Source: Hyphochytrium catenoides (lineage: Eukaryota; Protista; Hyphochytriomycota). Taken from it: a DNA stretch of 64,000 nucleotides. The stretch is taken from assembly GCA_900088475.1 (NCBI GenBank), contig FLMG01003777.1:11145-75144 (forward strand), given 5' to 3'. Of this stretch, positions 33,601-47,344 are shown in pieces. Numbering within the stretch: the first letter of the stretch is position 1; each line of letters begins with the position of its first letter. A program made the position numbers and the translations under genes. Below the pieces are notes generated by a model, which saw only the letters and a program-made list of their open reading frames with translations, made no database searches and was not told the origin of the DNA.

Positions 33601-36600
33601 CAGCTACTCCGGATTCTCCTGTTCCCCCTTTAGCTCTAAAAGGAAGAGGAGCTATGGGAAGTAAGCAGAGTCAGAACCAGGTGCTTGTCGGGCATTTAAA
33701 GAAGTTCGCCTCCCAAGGGCTGAGAACTCTCGTTTTCGGCCGGAAGGAGATGTCTGAAGAGGAATTCAGGTGCTGGTATTCTGAGTTTCAGATGGCTAAC
33801 AAATCAATAATGCGGAGAGACGAGGAGAAGTTAGCAATTGCCAGGAAGTTGGAGAGTAACCTTGAGATCCTAGGGGCCAGCGCTATAGAAGACAAGCTAC
33901 AGGACGGTGTGCCCGGTACAGTCAGTCGCCTCTTGAAGGCAGGGATCAAGATTTGGATGCTCACAGGTGAGGAGAAGTATGGAAGGAGGAACAGAGTATG
34001 AGGGAGGCTTCTGAACATTAGGGATTGTAACGCTGTGGGAGTAACTGGTCGTGTCGAACTATGTTACATTGAAAGAGATCCTTGGGAACTATGTTATTGT
34101 GAAAGAGTGACCAAAAGCAGAACGTAGTCCCAACACGTGATAGGCCTGTCACAAGGAACAGTTCTTCAACTGAACTAATCAATTTTGCAGGAGACAAGGA
34201 GGAGACAGCAGTCAACATCGGCCACAGCGCCTCTCTGCTGGATCAGTCTATGAAAATGCTCCCCATAAACGGCCCTAAACCAAGTAACTGTATTGAGCAG
34301 CTCAAGTATGCCTTCAAGCACTGCAAGAGAAACAGAGACGGGGATAGCAAGAACAATGCTTTGGCTCCTAAGCACGCGGTTGTCGTTACCGGAGAAGCTA
34401 TCAAAATGATCTCGGAGAGTAGGGAGCAGATCAAATATGGAGTTCAGGAGCTCGAGCTCTTCATGGTAAGTATAGTGGAACATGCTGAGTGCGGCCACAC
34501 GAGAAGTAGGGTAGGCCAATATTAGAGGCAGGAAGGAAATTGAAGGGGTATCTGGACCGGGGAAGGAACAAGAAGACGACAAACTCTATATTGAGGACAG
34601 AGAGGGAAACTCCGAGAAGCAAACGAAGCTAGGCCTTCGTCCACCACACCTGACGAATCCCTTTTCTCCCTATTTTCAGGTCCTGCGATACGTCCTTCTT
34701 AACTGCACATCGGTCATTGGGTGTCGGCTCACCCCGATGCAGAAGGCGTCTTTAGTCACTCTTCTCAAGGAGGAAGAACGAGGGACTACTCTAGCTGTCG
34801 GGGATGGCGCAAATGACGTGCATATGATCCAAGAGGCCCACGTCGGAGTTGGCGTTATTGGAAACGAAGGTCGTCAAGCGGTGAACGCTGCGGATTTTGC
34901 AGTCCCAGACTTTAAATGTCTCAGCCAGCTTCTGCTCTACCATGGGCGCTGGAACTACCGACGGGTGGCGATCGTGATCTTGTACAGCTTCTACAAGAAC
35001 CTGTGTCTTGTCTCGTCCCTTTTCCTCTTTGTGCTAAGAAATGGGATGAGTGGCGCCGCCCTGTTCGAGAGCTACATGATGATGGGCTGGAACGTGCTTT
35101 ATACCTTCTTTCCTGTCTTAGTTCTAGGAGTTACCGATAAGGTGAGCTTCTGCCTCGAGCCTTTCGGTTTCCCTAACCACGAGAATCCTTTCTTTATACG
35201 GCCAACGCACTTTGCACGTTAGCCCTGGATGACCCGCCTAATAGAGTTCTCGACATCTTGTTTTCTGAATTCATTCATTCTGTAGGACCTTTCGGAAGAG
35301 GCAGTAATGGCCTACCCTGCGATCTATGAGAGGGGCCAGCTGGATCGCGAGTTTGGCTGGGAGAAGCTTTTGCAATGGGTGTCAAATGGTATGCTTCATG
35401 CCACAATCAACTACCTAGGACACACGATCATCTTTTATGGCAGATTCGGCATTACCAGTTCGGAGGTAAGTGAAGAAGTTAGAAGCTGCTAAGTACTCCT
35501 TAATGCCGGCCGTGGCCCTGGTACGTCTGGCCGCTGTCAGACTGGACTCTCTTCGTAACAAATTTGTCTCAGGACCCTAGCTCAGTAAAACCATTTCCTG
35601 TCTTTCTGATTCTTTTCACCTTTAGGGAGTAAGCGATGGCTTGGACATCATGGGCAGCTCCATCTACATCCTCCTTGTTGTCATCGTCAACCTTAAAATG
35701 GCCTTAACCATGCAGCCTCTCAAACATTGGACGGCGTATCACTACATTTCTATTGGAGGGTTAGTCTTTTCCATCTACTCTCTCCTCTTTTCTCCTTTAC
35801 CTCTAGACTCTGCTCGGTATTTCAAACCTACCTACTGCCTCGCCATGTGTTATTTGCCGCCGCAAGTGCACCGTACCAGCACCTTTCATTCAGTTTAAGT
35901 GTGAACTTTTGGACTCTTTCGCCACGGATTCACAAATGTGCTACCTCTTTCATCAGTAGTGGTATTGCTAACCTTATCTAACTCGGAAGTTCCGCGAGGC
36001 AACACTAACACTTATCTGCCTGCTTTCCTTCCCTATGGTCTTTCCCCAACACTTTCTCGACACCCTCTCCCCTGCCTTCTATTTCTCATCTTCTACAGGT
36101 CTATCCTTCTTATATTTGCCTTCGTCGTTATCTATTCTGTACTATATCAAGCCTTGCCCGTCATGAACTTAGGGGCGGAGTACAATTCCGTAGGGACCAC
36201 ACTCTTGACCAGACCAAACTTCTGGCTTGTGCTGGTTCTTCTCCCGTCTTGCTGCATACTGGCGGACATCGCCATCACATTCCTCCATCGAAGCATCTTT
36301 CCGTCCGCCTACGTTCTGCTCCGGAGCTTGGACCAGTTGGGTCCAGAGTACGCTCAGGCTTTCGCTGCCCAGAGGGGTAACCTCTCATGTGAGGAGTCCT
36401 TGGATGCCACTGTTGTAGACCCGAGCACGAATGGTAGGTAAACCGCGGATATAGCTTTTATAGCGATGTCCACTTTATACTGCTTGTCCCTATCTATGTT
36501 ATAATCTACTACTGGCCATACAGCTGGATTGACATAGACCGCCCCAGCCAGGACCCTGAGCTGTTTCCATCCAATCTGCGTTGTCCTCTCCACCTGCCTT

Positions 36601-39600
36601 TTGGTTGCTTATACTGCTTAAGCTACTGTAACCGTAGTCCTTGGTTAGACGTGGGCGACGAAGCCCTGATCCTTACGTTACAAGAGATACTCGCCACTAA
36701 CGCCGTTCTCGCCTGCCCTCGTCCACTGTTAGTCACGGATGCCAATAGCGCAAACAAGCTGACTGATCCTCTACTAGACCGCTTGAAGAGGGTGGTCACG
36801 GAGGAAGAGGCGAAGAAAGATGAAGTCCAGCGTTATTTCTTAGACCTCTATGGGCTGCTCCGCGCACAAGAAAGGAAAATTGCAAGGACCATTGGCATGG
36901 TATGGATAACGGCATGTCACGACTTTTGCCAAGCTTTAATCAGATCTTCAGCATTACAAGCTTGGCTGTCAACACTTCTGACACTCGATCTCTTACATTT
37001 TGTTGATAGGATGATATTTTCGAGCTTGCAGAGGAGAGAAGAGTCGCACATGAGGAGGCAGTGGATACGAAACTCCACCCTCTGACTCTGGAGTTTGCAG
37101 GAACGGCGCGACGATACTTGGAAACGCTATATAATAGGCAGTTCTTAAAGAGAGAAGTCTCGCGCCTACGAGTCTTGATTATCTTTACGATTATCGCCCT
37201 GCCATTTTATACCGTCTGGTACATGCGCTTCTCTTCTCAATCCATCCATCCCTCTAGATTTGGGTCCATTTCTTGTATACAGACATCATTCTCTCCATCA
37301 TCAGCTTTCTTTTCTCTCGCACATCATCCGTTCGTACCGGACTTGAGAACTTGTCCCCACTTAATTGAATGTGACCGCGAGTGGCTTTCTTGGGTTTTCT
37401 CCTTGCTTGCAATTCTTTGCTAACCTTACTTCTTCCTAATGCCCTTTATTAAACTGGCTGTGATTTCTTCTCTCTCTATGCTTAGGGAGTATCGGTTTGA
37501 CAACCAGAAGACATTCCCTGTCCGACTCACCTACTTGGCATGCGCCATATTCTCTCTGGGAGTAACATACTCGAAGTTTTTCTTCAAGTACTACCACACC
37601 ATAGTCTTCGTGGTTTTCCTTATCATAACTCTGGCCAACACGTCCAGCATCGCCATCAATGGGCAATTTGCAATTACTTTGCTGCCCACGGTAATGTTCT
37701 CAGTGATACGTATGAGGTAAGTAATTGTGTCTCCTTCTCTCACTTCATAGGTCTGTTAGGACTTTTTGCCTAAAGTGTCTTTCCTCCCGCTCAAACGGGA
37801 CTGCTAGGACTCTTTGCCTAGAGTGCGCGTGTGCTTCCTCTTTTCCGTCAACAGCGAGCTCATCAAAAGTGTGATTTCTTTCCGTATGTTAGATCATCTT
37901 CCAATACCTCCATCCCATTATCTTGATTCGCTCTTCCTGGTAGATGTCCTAAAACGTTGCAATATAATTTTCTTACCTTGGTCCACCTACTTTATTGCTC
38001 CTTAGTAACCGTCGACATATTCCTTAGGTTTCTGGATGCGGTGCTGCTCGTTTTGACAGATACCATCTTTTATAGTTTGGTGATGTATATGTACTACGCC
38101 AATGACGCGGAGACGAAGGCGCTACACATGATGACATTCTTCCTCATCTCTGTCATATTCTCCGCCTGTTTCGCTGGCTACGGGTCCTACAATTTGCAAG
38201 GTCTTCCGCTTCATAGACCTCACCGATACCTCCTTTTTTTCCTGACACTTGAACTTTGCTCCTTTGGTGACATCCCACAGTCGTCAATAACTCCTTGTAC
38301 TGGTTGGTCTCTTCCGTCGGACATTCGTTGAACCTGTGCATGCATTCGCCTGCTGATATTGCTGTGTAGCGCGATCTCACCAAACTACCTGTAACTTCAG
38401 TCATTTCTGCCTCAAACTGACAACTTTCGTGAAATTTAGTGGCAATGAGAAGAGACTTTCTCCAGCAACGCACGCTGGATATAGAGCAGAAACGCTCGCA
38501 GGACATCTTGGACAACATATACCCATCACATGTCACGAAGAGAGTTCAGGCGGGAGAAACAACAATTTTCGACGAAGAGCCAAACGTCACCGTCATATTC
38601 TGTAACATCTGCGAGTTCGAGGAGCTTACTTCAATGATGGGGCCGGATCAGCTAGTTTCTGTCCTGGATATGGTATATTCCATGTTTGACCTGCTTTGCT
38701 TAAAGCATGGAGGTAAGCCCAAGCTGTAGAAAGAACGCGCGACCACTAAGTATAGATTGGCCATTTGAGAGAGGGAGTTGACGCAGGTTTACACAATCAC
38801 CAATCAAGCCCTAGTCCTTATAACTTAGCCCCGTACCTTGGTTCCATCTATGGATGCTTTTCGTAACCTTTCATTGACGCCCCGTAATATGAAATGCAGT
38901 TCACAAGATGGAGACTGTGGGCTCTATATATATGGCCTGTGCTGGGCTTAGGAACTTCAAGAGCGATGACCCTGCGCTGAGCGCTGCCGCTACGGCATAT
39001 GACATGATAAGATATGCTGCCGAAGTTGGCATTAGCCTACAGATAGGTATAAAACCTGGGACTTTCTCAAACTTCTAAACATCTCCTGTATGTCCCCAAG
39101 TTTCATGATAACTCCTCCGCGATCCCTCATCCTTTTAATCATTCGTTTCGTATACATTTCACAACTGCTAATAACTGAGTGTCTTGGGCGATCCTCATTA
39201 TTTGCTGCTAATACAATAGGTCTGCACACCGGGAGAGTTGTGAGCGGCTTGGTTGGGCAAAAAAAGCAGCAGTTCAGTCTATTCGGAGATACGGTGAATA
39301 CTGCGAGCAGGATGCAGAGCACAGGCCTGCCAGGAAAATGTCAAATATCTCAGAGCACTATGAAGGCACTGCAAGGAGCTTTTACCCTAACGGAACGGTA
39401 GGATTGAGTTCTATCTAAATCCTGTCGGTATCCCTTTTTTGTTCCTACTTCTTGACTATTCTGCCCCTTAATATGACATGCGTTCCGATAACTCTTAGGT
39501 TCATTGGCTAGCTTTTAAGCTCTCTCCCCCTCTTTTAGCTGCGCGATATCTCTCTCTGTCTAATATTTGTCCTTACGTAAAACAGCCGAGTAACTCCTAA

Positions 39601-42600
39601 AGGAAAGGGCGAGATGATAGTCTACATACTGGGCAACCCGGTCACGGAGAGAGCGCGCGCAGCCATAGAAGGACTCGCCCTTAAAGCTCGTAAACCATCT
39701 GAAAACAAGCGGTACAGCATAGTCCAGGGTCAGAACACTTCTGATGTCATCAACCTGAGCGCAACGATAGGCCGGCGGAACACCTTCTGGTAGGGGATAT
39801 GAAGGGAACGCAAGAGACATCGTTATGGGTTGGGCAAAAGCTGACTAGACATGGCGCCACTAGAATTAACGTATCCGAAAGTCTAGGTGTCCGCTTTCTG
39901 ATTAGCTCTTTTTACGACGGCCCCACCGGCCATTGCCCCTCTAGCTCTTTGGGCTCAAGGCTTGACCTCTCTGCCTCTCTGCACAGGGGAAGTGAGAACC
40001 GAGTACTCCCTTTCAGCTCTGAGTCTGCGGCTGCTACTGCATCTCAGCTTCAAGCAAACCTCGTCCAGAAGAGAAGGAAGAACTTTATGCGAAGAGCAAC
40101 TGAACTTTGGATAAGGCTGAGTCAGAACGATACCCTGAATGAGAAGATCAACGTTTTCACACTGAGGTTCCGGAATCGAGCCACTGAAGAGTGGTTTCAA
40201 GCTCAACGGCATTCACATTACATCAATTCCTCATACATGTGCATAGCTTTTGCAATTGTGTTTGTGATGTTAGGGTTGCCGCGCGATCATTATGGCTACG
40301 CTAGCTACTTTGGAGGAGACCTTGACGGTAAGTATCATTGTCCGGGCAGGGACTGCAGGCGCCTTTCGGTTTGACCGGTCCTTCTGTTACTTAAAAAATT
40401 CATGGGGGCCCTTGTACTGCCATCTTGTCGCTGCGGTAACCTGTTGTTGTTCTGCATAACACTTAGATGCTAGGTCACCTAATCGACTGCTGCTTATACA
40501 GATTTGACTACATCCGTGGCACTGCTCATGATCGGGTTTAAACTCTTCTACACTCTCTTCGCACTGGCCGTGATGATGTGGATCTATCGGAGAAGACACG
40601 ACATAACCTTGAACAATTTTCATATCTTGCTGTCGATCACGTATGGAAGGCTCCCCTCTTGCTCCATTTTGCTGCATTCGCTTTCTGCCTCCTTCACTAC
40701 CTACGAATGTCAGATAGCAACCCTTCGATTCATTTTTCCTTCTGGTACCACTTAAAAGCCACGCGATAGAGCCCACGTCTTTTCCTTATTTGTTGCCCAT
40801 CTCTTCCCTGTTCTAATCTCTGGACTCTGACTAACATCTATCTGCTGGTGTTTGCTTTCTCTCCTCAACTCACAGAATACTCCTGTGCGTTTGTGCACTT
40901 ACTACCGGTCACTACTGTGCGGGCTATCAGGTGGTGCAGACCTGCCCGGAGATGCGGAAGATCTATCGATACGCTAATGATTCCCAAATTGTTTGTATCC
41001 ACGAAGTAACCGGCGTGAGGTTCGAGAGGACCAAAGAAATGATGATTTCAACGATTTCAGCAGATCTTAAGATGATGCTGGACTCTGCGGCAATTGATCT
41101 TATGCTAGTCATGTTCCTCGTATCTAATGGAGGTGCCTTTGGACACTGGCGCTCCATTCTGCTCAACCTCTTTCTGTGCGCGTGCATGCTTTCTTTTCAA
41201 TTCTGGCTTGCTGGACACTCGGAGGGAGTTTTTAGATTGGGAACATTCTTTATGGGTACAACGGTGGTGGTCAACACCATTGCCAGCAGGTAGGAGATCG
41301 CTTAGCAGTCTACACCAGGGGTCACTGCGATACAAAAGTGTAATAAGGGTTGACAGCTAGGTTCTCTAGTATCTCTCCTGATACTGCTAAAGACTTAGTT
41401 TTCAGCTCCGGGTTTTCTACTCTGCTTCCTTGTAGCCCTCACAAGCTTCGTCACCTCTTTATCTGACGCGCCTGACAAACAGGGCTGTGGAGTTTTTCAC
41501 TAGAAGAAAGCTATGGCTCTTGCAGCAAACGAAACACGAGACAGATAAGGCTGACAGACTACTCTACCAGATGCTTCCTGAAGCGGTAGTCACAGCTCTA
41601 AAGGACGGTGATACAGTCTGCGAGGAGCATCATAACGTCGGCATCCTGTACAGCGACATTAAGGGGTTTACCTCAATTGCCAGCCGAGCAGAGCCAGAGC
41701 AAGTAGTTTCAATGCTAGATAAGGTGTTCACTGCCTTCGATCAAGCGGTGGAGAAGAACGGAGTTTTCAAGTTCCAAACAATTGGTGAGCCCATTAAGGA
41801 TATTCGCTCTTTCTCTCCATGCGACATCCCAAGTATTTTATTTCTGACATATTCTATCGGGTTGCAGGCGATGCGTACGTTATTCTCAGCGGCTTGCCAT
41901 ATCAGGACAAGGCCATTTCAGCCGAGCCACTCAGAGACCAACTGTCTCAAGCTCGTGGAAGGTAAGAGCTTAAACACCCGATTTGCTAAGTTGCAGACAT
42001 TTGCTGTCAGCCTAGAGTAGAAACGACTTTGCTGTCAACTGACAGCGCAGTCACGCATTTATATTACGCTTTTCGGTGGCCTGACTTGCTAGGTTCCCTT
42101 CCAATCCTTAGCGAACGGTTTTTTGTTCCTCTCGCTCAAACCTATTCCCCTTCACTAGCTGTCGGATCCTCTCTGAATTTTGACGATTGTCATCTCTTCT
42201 GCAGTGTCGTTATGGAGAAAGATTTCCTCCACCAACTGGCTTCTCGGCGAGGAGCTACACAGAAAGTCCTTCCTACTGATGGAGCATGTCCGTCACCTTC
42301 TACTCCGACGTCACCGAGTGGTGGAAGGAAGCGCTCAAATGCCAGTGTCAATCAAAGGAAGCTGAGCCTCGTGAAGTCTGGTTCTAATAACAATGGGACT
42401 AGCGCTACAAGGAGGCACCAAAGAAGGCGGAGCAGCAGTGCCGGAAGAACAAGCTATTTTGATCCAACCACTGCCATAGTGAAGAACAGTGAGGCGCATG
42501 CGAAGCACATGCAATCACTGATCGCGATGGCCCAGGACATGCTCAGAGAAACGGCCAAAGTTAACGATCCCATCAGTGGCGAACCGCTGCAGATCCGGAT

Positions 42601-42979
42601 TGGTATTCATACAGGAAACATCATCGGCGCAGTCATTGGTACAAAGAATCTCCGTTACGACATGTGGAGCCCAGATGCGCTAATTGCGCACGAGTTCGAA
42701 AGTAATGGTGTCCCCAACCGAATATGCGTAAGTGCAGCGGTGCGTGAGTGCTTCCAGAACGACATTGAGATGTCAGCAAAGTTCGTGCCTTACAAGGTGA
42801 TAGATACGCACAGTATGGGAAAGATTCAGGCGTACTTGTATGACGACAAGATCAAGCCAGCGGCAGCACTTATTGAGAGCATCAGGCACTCAAAGCGATC
42901 AATCTCCGTCTCCACCAATGGCGCACAGCACCCAGAAATGTGCGGTCATAGCGACCGTCAAAGTCAGTTCACCATCTGA
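30629..42979 (+). CDS. P4-ATPase (phospholipid flippase) - membrane guanylyl cyclase chimera, 23 exons, predicted 10+6+6 TM
   Basis: P4 motifs [40 protein letters not shown] (32300), [30 protein letters not shown]|DKEETA and GDGANDV. These are followed in frame, across GT-AG introns, by 6 TM, cyclase 1 ([28 protein letters not shown]), 6 TM and cyclase 2 ([13 protein letters not shown]|DAY, RIGIHTG, RYDMW). Confidence 0.93.
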
Positions 42980-43494
42980 ATGGCAACTTTGACATCACAC
43001 TGAAGGGTGCAGAATATTATCATTTCTATCATATCTCCATCATCTCATATCTAAGTCTGTTCAGCTGCGTATCCAAAGCTTTTCAGCTGCGTGCTATAAC
43101 GCGGATTCGTCTCTCAATCTAGAGAAACCAGCTAATCTATACATAATATCAAAGCTCGCAGCTATCATCAAGTCTTTAGCTCTTCGTTTCGACTTGGCCT
43201 GCAGGCTGCCGTTCTATTTGAGCTGATATATGCGGCCGTGTTTCTATTCTGTTAGATGCCTTTCACTTATCTTATAATAGCACGAACTAGTCTACGATGC
43301 ACCAGCGTCTGCCGTTCCCTGGTATCCTACCCTTAAGCAACAAAGCTGAAACCCTCACTACTGAACAGTACACAGGACCGTCGACATCGTCAAAAGGTTT
43401 GCGACGGTGGTGTATTTCTCCCGTTGCTAGCCGTCCTGACCCTCGATTGTGGTATCGCTATTAGAGTTCTTCAGGCAGTGGTGCATACACCATT

Positions 43495-46198
43495 CTACTT
43501 TGTTCGTTTGCTGGCCTTCTTCTTTTTCACTGTCTTCCGCACCGCCGATAGCAAGTCATCACTGTCTCCATCCTCCACATTCTCCTGTTCCTTTGCCGCG
43601 TCTTGTTTTGGCATAGCTGGTTGCATTTGCCGTCGCTGGGTCGCATCTGTCTTCTTTTCCTTCTCTCTCGCTGTGGGCGGACTAGGGACCCTCGGCTTGG
43701 CTGGCTCTAAAGCATGCAGAACAATGGTTGTCTCCTCCTCACTGTCACTCTCTGTAGGCTTTGCAGCGGTCGGGGTCTTCTTACTTTTGTTCTCTCGCTT
43801 TGGAGGAAGTGAGGATGGCTTCACAGTAGGAATGGCTGGAGCTGGAGTAGCTTGACGATCTGAAGGGCTCATGGGTCGTCTGGAGTCAAGGAAATGTGCT
43901 TCCAGAGAGCCTGATTCTGTTCGAAAGACAACAAGGAGAGAGAGCATCGAGTAGCGACGATGGTTAGAGACCGAGTTGATGAAATGGGCCGCCACAGGGA
44001 GGAATGAAAGGAAAAGGTAGATAACAAAAGCAAGTCGCTAAAAGATACAGAGTGGATAAGCGGCAAATTGCAACCCGATTCATCAACACTTGACCTAAGA
44101 TGCCCTTTCCCATACCGCTTGATCCTGTTTTCCTCGTTGCTGCATTTTCAGCTGCCCTTTCCGTCGCTTCTGCCGCAGCTTTTAAAAGCGGAAGGGTCTT
44201 CAAGTCCGTCGTTGCCTCGCCTTGTTTGGGCCTTTCCTTTGTCGCTACCGTGGTGTTGACGATGCTGAAGTCCATTGCTTCCTTCATCTCTGGATCATCA
44301 ACCACAAGTTCTTCCATGGTCGAGTCAAGCTGCTGGATAGTTGCATACACTGCTTCCTGGCCTCTGAGGCGCGATCGCCTACTTTCTCGTTCTCTCTTAT
44401 CTTCCTCTTGCTCGGTTTTCGATAGATGGTCTGATAGCTCTTGCACCTTACTTGCCGCAATTCTGAGAGACCGAGATAAGGTAGATAGGTCAACAGGCGT
44501 GGCGGAAGCCTGATGGATGGCGCAAATTTCCTGTTGCTTATTTAGAGTCAGGGTCAGCCTACCTGTAGCCAACGAGGTTGTCAGTGGTCGTCTAATATAA
44601 GAATGTAGTCTCTATCGGCCGAGAGTGGGAGGCGAAGGACAAAGGTGGACTGCTAGCGGGTACGGCTCAGATCAGTCCGGCGCAAACCTTGGCGCAGCGC
44701 TGACCGTAATGCAAGGAGGCGCAAATGCCAAACATTTAGGCGAACTCACCGTTGACTACCATTTCCTCACGACTACTGGGGTCTAGTATAAGATAGGAAC
44801 TGCTTTCTGGTAGGTTCTCCTGTGGGTTAGTGTGAGAATAACGGTAGGCACATGAAACAAGGAGACTGGAGTTGAGTTGTTGTCACCCAAGACGCAGAGT
44901 AAATGAAAGATAACGGTCGATGAACTTGAATAAAGCGAAAAAGATTCGAAAGGAGACATATAGATGGCCGATAAATAAGCCAAGAGGGATACCTCATCAC
45001 TCTGGACAATTCCAAAGGTGATGCAGAGAGGGATATGGTGCAAGCTCAACGGCACCGGCTCTCGCTCATCTATTGAATGAACTTGGACTTTTCCGTTGGA
45101 AATGGTCACCTCGGACATGCGAAAATGTAGGAGCTGGAAATTTTTGGAAAGGAGTTGAGCTCATTGGGTATATAGGATTCATAGAGGGGAGAAAGAGTGC
45201 AGAAGGGCTAGTCCAAGAGAAGAAAGCAAGCAAGACTATGGTGGTCGTATTGTCTATCGTTCAAGTCAGAATGGGTGCACGAGACATCTTTCCAGGACAG
45301 AACGTCTTTCATAACGAGCAGACTGACTTACAGCTGCGGAGGTGGCGAAGGCTATCGCGTCAACTACATTGCCACCGTCGTCCAGCACATGGATGGTGCA
45401 TTTCACTGCCCAAACCTGAAACAGTACGCACAAAGATGAGAGGAAAAGTATTATACAGCTCTCGACATGCAGACGTAACGTCAACCTTCTCTCCAGCTAT
45501 CAGGCACAGTGCCTCGGTATCTAGCGCCCGACTGTCTTTGAAGCCTCGCTCTATGATTCTTGATATCTCTATTGATTGCGTGCTCGGTCTGCCACTCTGA
45601 AAGAAGCAGAATGAAAACCCATATGGGCGGCAAGCCCCAAAGGAGAATGGGTGATAGAAGTGGCAATCAAAAGTGGAATGGAGCAGAGTCAGCAAAACCA
45701 TATTTGCCGTCCCAGTGGCCGGATCTAGCCGCTACCTCATAGGACGCTGAAGCCATGGGAGAGAGGTCCACAGAGAACTGCAGAAAGCCATCCGTCGGTC
45801 GATCTGGAAATGGTGGGACGATCTCTGCGGTAACCACTGCGAATACTCTAGAATACGAGTGCACCACTGAGACACATCCTTGGATTAGATGATACTTGGT
45901 AATGATTAGTTAGTACCTTGTTCGTCCCAACTGCACTTCTGCCGAAGACTCGTTTTCCTTTCTGTTGAGCGTTACTCTTATCTAACAACCGAGACACGAC
46001 AAGAAGTCGATTAATATACAATGCTGGTGCGCTGAAGATCAAATATTGCATGGCGACTAAGAAGTAGTAAAAGTTCCGCACTACCTGTCGCTGTTCAATG
46101 AGCTTTCTTCCATCAGTCCTAAGTCCGGTCTTGATAGAGTCAAGGATAAACTGCTTCTCATTGAGACTCAGAAGTGCCTCATCATCCTTGACTGCCAT
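43495..46198 (-). CDS. RRP45: Exosome complex component RRP45 (RNase PH family) with a low-complexity C-terminal extension, 9 exons
   Basis: LSLNEKQFIL...LRTDGR...AEVQLGRTR|V...PFPDRPTDG.LQFSVDLSPMAS...ISRIIERGFKDSRALDTEALCLIAGEK|VW...HVLDDGGN.VDA...LLHFR...EREPVPLSLHHIPLCITF...LDPSSREE. Confidence 0.95.
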
Positions 46199-47344
46199 CT
46201 TGTCTTGTCTTTGGCGGCGTCTAAGACCGTCCTGCCAGCTGTAGTTCTATGGTTAAACCATTTTGGTCTGTAGCGTAGGATCCCGCTTGGGTTATGACCG
46301 GCAGCGGCCAGTCTCTATAATTTGTGGATCGCTGACTCACTATGTGACAAGAAAGGTACCGGAGACGCACTGGAGGACCTCAGTAGCAGAGGTAATGTAC
46401 AAGACAAGACTAGGATGTACAGCGGATTGAATTGTGCAGCTTGCTGTTCATAGGAAGCCACGACGGAGCTGGGGCCTTGAGACGAGGCAATAATCTTCCA
46501 AATGCCTGCGCTTCATCAGAATCAGCGCCGCCAACCACGGCAAAACAGACACAGCTCTTCCAGCACTGAAGTCTAGCCGTTATCCGCTTTCTCTCCGTGG
46601 TGTGTACAATATCTGCTAATGAACAGACGCACATGCGTACAACAACGTCAATTCTAAGCCTTGTGCACAGTGCACAGTACTCGAACCAGAAACTCTGTTT
46701 CCTATTTTCAAAATTCGGATGAGGTGCCGCTTCCTTTCTGTCATCTCGCCGCGGCGGCATCATCGCATCATCGCATCATGTTACACGCCAGATCAGAGTT
46801 TGCCGAGCTCCAGCCGTCATGCCAGCACCGTGCTCCGAAGCACCGTAGCAAACTCTCGGAGACATCTTGTCTCTTGACCTCTGCGGACCCCGTGCTTGCT
46901 GCGGTCGCTCAGAGTTTCTCTCTAAGTGAGGTGTAAGGTATAACGGATCATGCACTGCACCTAAGTATCTCCTTCACTTGCCCTTCTGACCCCTGCCGTG
47001 GCCCTAGTATCACCCGCTTCTTGTCGCTGCTCCGCCTATTTGCTTCTTGGCCTTATATGTGTTGATCTGAACCAGTCCTGCTGCCAGCAGTATCGAACCT
47101 ACAATCCCTCTTCCCCCTCTGTATGGGCTCTGCAATCCCTCTTCGCCCCTCTGTATGGGCTCTGCAAGTGCTCTTCATAACCGTAGATCAGAAACCTGAC
47201 TTAGACTTGGCAGCTCTGCAAGTGTCGCGTTTGCAGCGCATCCTGCAGCCTTCTCCTGCTTTGCCAGACGTCAAGATGTCCACCCTTACTAGAAAGTACG
47301 CCCTACGATTTAGTGAGTTGTGAGATCACACCTGAAGTCCAGAC

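Noticed and set aside
30617-42979. Separate flippase gene and adenylyl cyclase gene
   Set aside because: Exons join in frame with no stop or new start between them, and the specificity residues indicate GTP rather than ATP.
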